Shown here in pieces: positions 59,615 to 64,000 of a stretch of 64,000 nt of DNA. Origin of the DNA: Candidatus Woesearchaeota archaeon (lineage in GTDB: Archaea > Nanobdellota > Nanobdellia > SCGC-AAA011-G17 > GW2011-AR18). The notes beneath the pieces are model-generated. The model searched no databases, was not told the origin of the DNA, and saw only the letters and a program-made list of their open reading frames with translations. The DNA lies in the NCBI GenBank assembly GCA_964430545.1, contig CAYSFG010000024.1, positions 24,534 to 88,533 of the forward strand, in the 5' to 3' direction. The position numbers and the translations under genes were made by a program. Numbering within the stretch: position 1 is the first letter of the stretch; each line of letters starts with the position of its first letter.

Positions 59615-59785
59615 TTAATCTTCTATTTTAGAATGTTCTTTTTTATATTTTAACCTATATTCTGCATATTTGTCTTCTAGACTAAACTTAGGAGGTTTCG
59701 TGTTTAATGTTTCTCTCCCACATTTGCATTTTTTTTCCATAGAATAGTTTCCACATTTTCCGCATTTTAAAATTAAATCAACCAT
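59615..59785 (-). CDS. nop10: H/ACA RNP protein Nop10 (below ORF-track cutoff)
   Basis: MVDLILKCGKCGNYSMEKKCKCG...PPKFSLEDKYAEYR; canonical position between aIF2alpha and PAC2. Confidence 0.92.
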   Translation of the reverse strand: MVDLILKCGKCGNYSMEKKCKCGRETLNTKPPKFSLEDKYAEYRLKYKKEHSKIED

Positions 59786-60548
59786 TTTTTATGAATTCTG
59801 CTTCGCAATTATTTTTATTAGCATATTCTAATATCTTTTCTAATTCTTTTAATTTATTTTCTGCATTTTTATAATCAAATGCTTTTGATATTATTTTATA
59901 TTTTGGTGCGCCTAAATAAGAAACTTCTAATCCCTTCCCTTTTATTTTTAATAATATTTCTTTGATTAATTCTATACCATTTCCAAGATAGCTTTTAATT
60001 GTCAATGTTCCACTTATGCTTAATTCTATCGGTTTTATTTTTTCTTGTATAGTTTTTACCAAGGCTTCAGTTAAATTATAATTATTTGTTAGTTTGGTGA
60101 CTGGTGTTTTTCCACTTTCTACTATTGCCTGAAAAAAATTATATAAACTTCCATAGTTTTCTATTGCTTTATTTGCTACTTCAAAATACATTGTTTTTAA
60201 ATCTAATTTTAGTTCTTTACCTATTTGTTCTAGTAATTTTTCAGCTTTTTCTTCTTGTTTGTAGTCATTTAATTTTGTAGCCATCACTCCCATTCCTACC
60301 CTTCTTAGCGATAGGTCTATATTTCCTTGTGAATTTATACTTATTACTTTACAAATTATTCTTTTACCTTCTATTACATAATCTCTTAGATTTCTTATTC
60401 TTCCTGGTGCTATTTCTGATATATGTACCATGCCTTCAACTATTGCATATTCATCCAAACTTACAAAAACTGAATGTGGTAATATTCTTTTTACAGTACA
60501 AATTACAACTTCTCCAATTTCTGGTTTGCCTTTCTTCTTATAGAACAT
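59778..60548 (-). CDS. eif2a: Translation initiation factor 2 alpha
   Basis: S1 domain GMVHISEIAPG, IDLSLRRV, YLGAPKY. Confidence 0.95.
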   Translation of the reverse strand: MFYKKKGKPEIGEVVICTVKRILPHSVFVSLDEYAIVEGMVHISEIAPGRIRNLRDYVIEGKRIICKVISINSQGNIDLSLRRVGMGVMATKLNDYKQEEKAEKLLEQIGKELKLDLKTMYFEVANKAIENYGSLYNFFQAIVESGKTPVTKLTNNYNLTEALVKTIQEKIKPIELSISGTLTIKSYLGNGIELIKEILLKIKGKGLEVSYLGAPKYKIISKAFDYKNAENKLKELEKILEYANKNNCEAEFIKNG

Positions 60549-60688
60549 TGTAACTTTAAGAATTTATTAAGATTTATAAAGTTTACTTACTGCTTTTTAA
60601 TGTTTAGTTGTTAAAGATTGTCAAGTTTAAAAATATTTAAGAATACGTTCATCAAGTATTTATTTTTTCTAAATGATTATACAAACTT

Positions 60689-60874
60689 TTATATTAATTT
60701 TTCTAAAACCTTACCGCGAAATATTGCTCTTCCGCCTGTAGGTTCTGCCATTAATTCTCCACATACTAAACAATTTACTTTACTACTTACTGCATTGAAT
60801 ATGTTCTGCTCATTCTTGCATTTATTACATCTTACTTTTACAAAATTTGTTTTTGTTTCTTTTAGTTTTTTCAT
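60689..60874 (-). CDS. rps27e: Ribosomal protein S27e
   Basis: FVKVRCNKC...CLVCG...PTGGRA. Confidence 0.95.
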   Translation of the reverse strand: MKKLKETKTNFVKVRCNKCKNEQNIFNAVSSKVNCLVCGELMAEPTGGRAIFRGKVLEKLI

Positions 60875-60876
60875 TT

Positions 60877-61191
60877 TTATACAAATTCTACTTTTTTAGC
60901 TCTATATCCTGAGCTTTGTTGTGTTGCTTTTTTACATATATTACAAGTATATCTCAATGTTGTTTTTTTACTTGCTTTTGCCCCAGTTCTCTTGAATTTT
61001 GAGATTGCAGGTTTTGATCCCCATTTACCTTTATTACCAGCTCCTCTTCCTTGCCCTCTTTTTTTAGCTCTTGCGATTGAGCCACGGCTTAGTGATCCTC
61101 TTTTTCCAGCACTTTTATATTGGTCTATTTTCTGATCTGTTGATTTATTACAATGAGGACAATATCTTTTTATGATCTTTGGTAATTTCAT
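60877..61191 (-). CDS. rpl44e: Ribosomal protein L44e
   Basis: MKLPK...YCPHC...KTTLRYTCNICKK. Confidence 0.95.
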   Translation of the reverse strand: MKLPKIIKRYCPHCNKSTDQKIDQYKSAGKRGSLSRGSIARAKKRGQGRGAGNKGKWGSKPAISKFKRTGAKASKKTTLRYTCNICKKATQQSSGYRAKKVEFV

Positions 61192-61326
61192 ATGTGTTAG
61201 ATAATAGAAACTATTTATAAAGCTTTTTACAGTTTTATTTATTGTGTAATTCTCTTAGTGACTTATATTTTATTTTTTTTACATGATTACAAATATTTTA
61301 AAGGTATGCTTATTTAAGGATTAGTT

Positions 61327-61938
61327 CTAAATCTCTTCAGCATTATTTTGTTTTATTAATATTTCTGCTACTTTTAAAGGAAGATTACTTACATCTTCAG
61401 ATTTGAATGGTCCATAAACATTCATGTCTTCTCCTACAAATTTTTGAACTTCGTTTAATATTCTTACCATTTTATTTGCTGTTTTTTCATTTAAGTTTAT
61501 TTTAATTTCTGATTTTATTTCTGGTTTTTTTCCATTTAATACATTTATGAGTATTCCATTCCTTCCTCCTATTAAGTTTTCTGTTATCTGGTTATAGAAT
61601 TTTCTTTCATCTTCTAATAATGATTCTGTATCTGGTAATGTAGTATTTGTTCTTGAGTTAAATAATGCCATTTGCACTATTTTTCCTTCTCTTTTTTCAT
61701 ATAATTCTTTTAATATCATATATGCATTTTCTAACTGTCTTTTTGTTTTTGTTATACTTTGTGATGCAAATATGCTGTCTTTTGCTTCATATCCTTGTAA
61801 TATTGTTTTTTTCTCATTTAGATATCTTGCAGTTTTTTCATAGAAGTCTTTTTCTATTCTTTGTAATTCTTTTTTGTATTTTTCTATTCTTAATATTTCA
61901 TATAAATTATCATATGTTATTAATGAATCATCTGCCAT
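61327..61938 (-). CDS. GINS complex subunit (Gins51-like)
   Basis: Helical A domain (YELREGKI-like), C-terminal B domain YGPFKSEDVSNLP; conserved neighbourhood. Confidence 0.8.
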   Translation of the reverse strand: MADDSLITYDNLYEILRIEKYKKELQRIEKDFYEKTARYLNEKKTILQGYEAKDSIFASQSITKTKRQLENAYMILKELYEKREGKIVQMALFNSRTNTTLPDTESLLEDERKFYNQITENLIGGRNGILINVLNGKKPEIKSEIKINLNEKTANKMVRILNEVQKFVGEDMNVYGPFKSEDVSNLPLKVAEILIKQNNAEEI

Positions 61939-61987
61939 AAAACTATAAGATTTTTACAGGTTTTAAAGATTTATATTCTTAAAAATT

Positions 61988-62215
61988 CTATTTTTTAAAA
62001 TAACTTCTATAAGCTATTGCTAAGCCATAAGTAATAGGTTGGCCGGACTTTTGTGATATTTCTGTATTTTTTATCATTGTATAACTAATACTATCAATTT
62101 TTACTTCAAATCCTTCAATCTCTTTCTTTTCAAAGAATGATCCTACTTCTAATTCTATTAGTTCCTTTATTGTATTTTCAAATAATCTAAGCTCTAATTT
62201 TGGCAGTTTTTTCAT
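61988..62215 (-). CDS. Hypothetical protein
   Basis: ORF track only. Confidence 0.5.
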   Translation of the reverse strand: MKKLPKLELRLFENTIKELIELEVGSFFEKKEIEGFEVKIDSISYTMIKNTEISQKSGQPITYGLAIAYRSYFKK

Positions 62216-62350
62216 ATTATCATTTTATATTATTTTATTTTTAAAGATTATTGTTGTATAAACAAACTATTTAAATATACTATTTTTAAAACATTATCTG
62301 TAATATTGAATATAATTAATTTTATATAAAAGAAACTAACTATTATTACC

Positions 62351-63235
62351 ATGTCAAATATTTTTGAGCAGGCCTTCACAAATAATTTTTATTTAACTAA
62401 AGAATATTTACACTTTTGTTCCAAAACAACTAATATAATTATTAAAGAAAAATATATAGAAAATAATAAAATTATTACTTTAAAAAATAAAAATCCTAGT
62501 ATAAATAATTACCAAGAAGATTTTAGATTATTAATGCAACAAAATAACATATCTTATATTTCCGTGCTACCAGAGATTAATTCTAATTTTAAAAATCCAT
62601 CTTTTATAGAATATTCAATAATACATAAAAAACCTTATGAAGAGATTATAAAAGATTACACCAATTCATTTAAGAACGGGCTTAGAAATGGTAGAAAATA
62701 TATTCACACTATAAGTATTTTACATGAAGTTGATAAAGAGACATTATCAAAAGTTTATAATATTTATAATTTACAAATGAAACGCCATAATTCATTTAGG
62801 TTGCCAAAAACATTTTTTGTAGAGTTTATGAAATGTCCTTCTTCTTTGTTATTTTTAATTAAATATGAAAATGATATAATTGCCTATTCATTTTGTTTTG
62901 AATATAAAGATAATTTATATAGATCAATTGGTGGTGGTAATGAAAAATATTTTAAGTATAGATGTGTCAATAAACTTTATGATGAAACTATTCGTTATGC
63001 TTCTAGGAAAAATTTGAATATTCATTTAGGTATTGGTGAACATAATTCTAATTATAATAATTTTAAAAAAAATGCAGGATCTATATGTTACAAGTGCGAA
63101 CGTTTTCCAAATGATGATAACTTACTTAAATTATCTCTCCCATTTTTAAGATTTAAAGTTACAGGTTTTATTCTTAATTTATTATCAAAGTTAATGCCTA
63201 AAAAGATTACATATTTATTGATGCCTTTTACTTAA
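62351..63235 (+). CDS. GNAT-fold acetyltransferase (FemAB/BioF2-like)
   Basis: FKNGLRNG, IKYENDIIAY, YFKYRCVNKLYDETIRYA, FKKNAG. Confidence 0.7.
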   Translation: MSNIFEQAFTNNFYLTKEYLHFCSKTTNIIIKEKYIENNKIITLKNKNPSINNYQEDFRLLMQQNNISYISVLPEINSNFKNPSFIEYSIIHKKPYEEIIKDYTNSFKNGLRNGRKYIHTISILHEVDKETLSKVYNIYNLQMKRHNSFRLPKTFFVEFMKCPSSLLFLIKYENDIIAYSFCFEYKDNLYRSIGGGNEKYFKYRCVNKLYDETIRYASRKNLNIHLGIGEHNSNYNNFKKNAGSICYKCERFPNDDNLLKLSLPFLRFKVTGFILNLLSKLMPKKITYLLMPFT

Positions 63236-63272
63236 TAGAACTGTTTATATAACCTTTTTATTAATTAATTTT

Positions 63273-64000
63273 ATGATTATTAAGGAAATTCCAGAAGATT
63301 TTGTTGTTAATGAAGAAATAAAGTTAAAAATTGTAGATAGAAAGACTAATTATTCAATATTTAAATTAACAAAGAAAAATTGGGATTCTTTTAAAATAAT
63401 AACAGCTCTAGCTAAATCTTTGAATACTAAATCAAAATTTATAGGTTTTGCAGGCAATAAAGATAAGCAGGCTATAACATCACAATTTATTTCTTTTTTT
63501 AAAATTCCTAAAGAAAGAATAGAAAAAATTAAAATTAATGATGTTAAATTAGAATTCTGCGGGTATTCTGTAGAACGTATTAATTTAGGTGATTTGAAAG
63601 GCAATAACTTTAATATTATTATTAGAGATTTAAATAAAGTTTCAAATCTTCCAAGTAAATTATCATTAGAAAATTATTTTGATGACCAACGTTTTGGTAA
63701 TAAAAATAATACCCATCTAGTTGGGAAAGCAATTATTAAAAAAGATTTTAAGAGAGCTTGTGAATTATTGACTCTTAATGTTGTTAATAATGATTATATT
63801 GGCGCCTTAAGGTATCAGCAAAGAAGATTACTAAGATTTTATTTATCTTCTTATCAATCTTATTTATTTAATATGATTTTATCAAAATATTTAGAAAAAT
63901 CAGAACATTACACTATCGAAACAAATATAGGTAAGTTAAATATTACTAATGCCAAGTTTAAAAATTTTAAGATTCCATTGATAGGTTTTGATGTTAAATT
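63273..64000 (+). CDS. truD: tRNA pseudouridine(13) synthase TruD (runs off the window; absent from ORF track)
   Basis: MIIKEIPEDFVVNE, GFAGNKDKQAITSQ, GDLKGNNFNIIIR, NYFDDQRFG. Confidence 0.93.
   Translation, partial: MIIKEIPEDFVVNEEIKLKIVDRKTNYSIFKLTKKNWDSFKIITALAKSLNTKSKFIGFAGNKDKQAITSQFISFFKIPKERIEKIKINDVKLEFCGYSVERINLGDLKGNNFNIIIRDLNKVSNLPSKLSLENYFDDQRFGNKNNTHLVGKAIIKKDFKRACELLTLNVVNNDYIGALRYQQRRLLRFYLSSYQSYLFNMILSKYLEKSEHYTIETNIGKLNITNAKFKNFKIPLIGFDVK

Noticed and set aside
59615-61938. GINS-L44e-S27e-aIF2alpha-Nop10 cluster as novel
   Set aside because: Well-known conserved archaeal gene neighbourhood
62351-63235. FemAB-like GNAT as evidence of peptidoglycan metabolism linked to the pilus hydrolase
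   Set aside because: This GNAT fold is widespread with unrelated substrates; it is unlinked and there are no mur genes
263-63604. Many short ORF-track entries antisense to or overlapping recognised genes (e.g. 263-496, 1119-1394, 4391-4693, 12975-13325, 22199-22615, 40555-40857, 43670-43939, 44036-44524, 63350-63604)
   Set aside because: Shadow frames of confidently identified genes, with no motifs or independent start signals
1-64000. tRNA or rRNA genes
   Set aside because: No cloverleaf/T-loop signature or long GC-rich structured tract found by eye; a covariance-model scan would be decisive

Overview
Very AT-rich archaeal chromosome segment. Gene content and reduced style point to a DPANN lineage, probably Woesearchaeota-like (inference; no rRNA marker in the window). 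The left end holds the cdc6/DP1 replication origin, lonB and argS. Next comes an unusual locus: a winged-helix gene carrying an internal ORB box fused to structured AATC arrays, a helically phased palindrome array, a second winged-helix gene and a tiny Cc1-like chromatin gene. A decayed island around a serine recombinase follows. The centre is a type IV pilus/Tad-like operon with about ten class III signal-peptide proteins, one of which carries intact lytic transglycosylase and M23 peptidoglycan hydrolase domains. The right part contains RPA, lemA-htpX, two toxin-antitoxin pairs (one flanked by a 20-bp duplication of the neighbouring gene end), large surface proteins, radA, an unannotated box C/D sRNA predicted to guide Um2552 in 23S rRNA, lipid-related genes, a prepilin peptidase, EndoQ, the GINS-L44e-S27e-aIF2alpha-Nop10-PAC2 cluster and truD. 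No tRNA, rRNA or CRISPR array was seen. All family assignments are from motif recognition by eye, not database searches.
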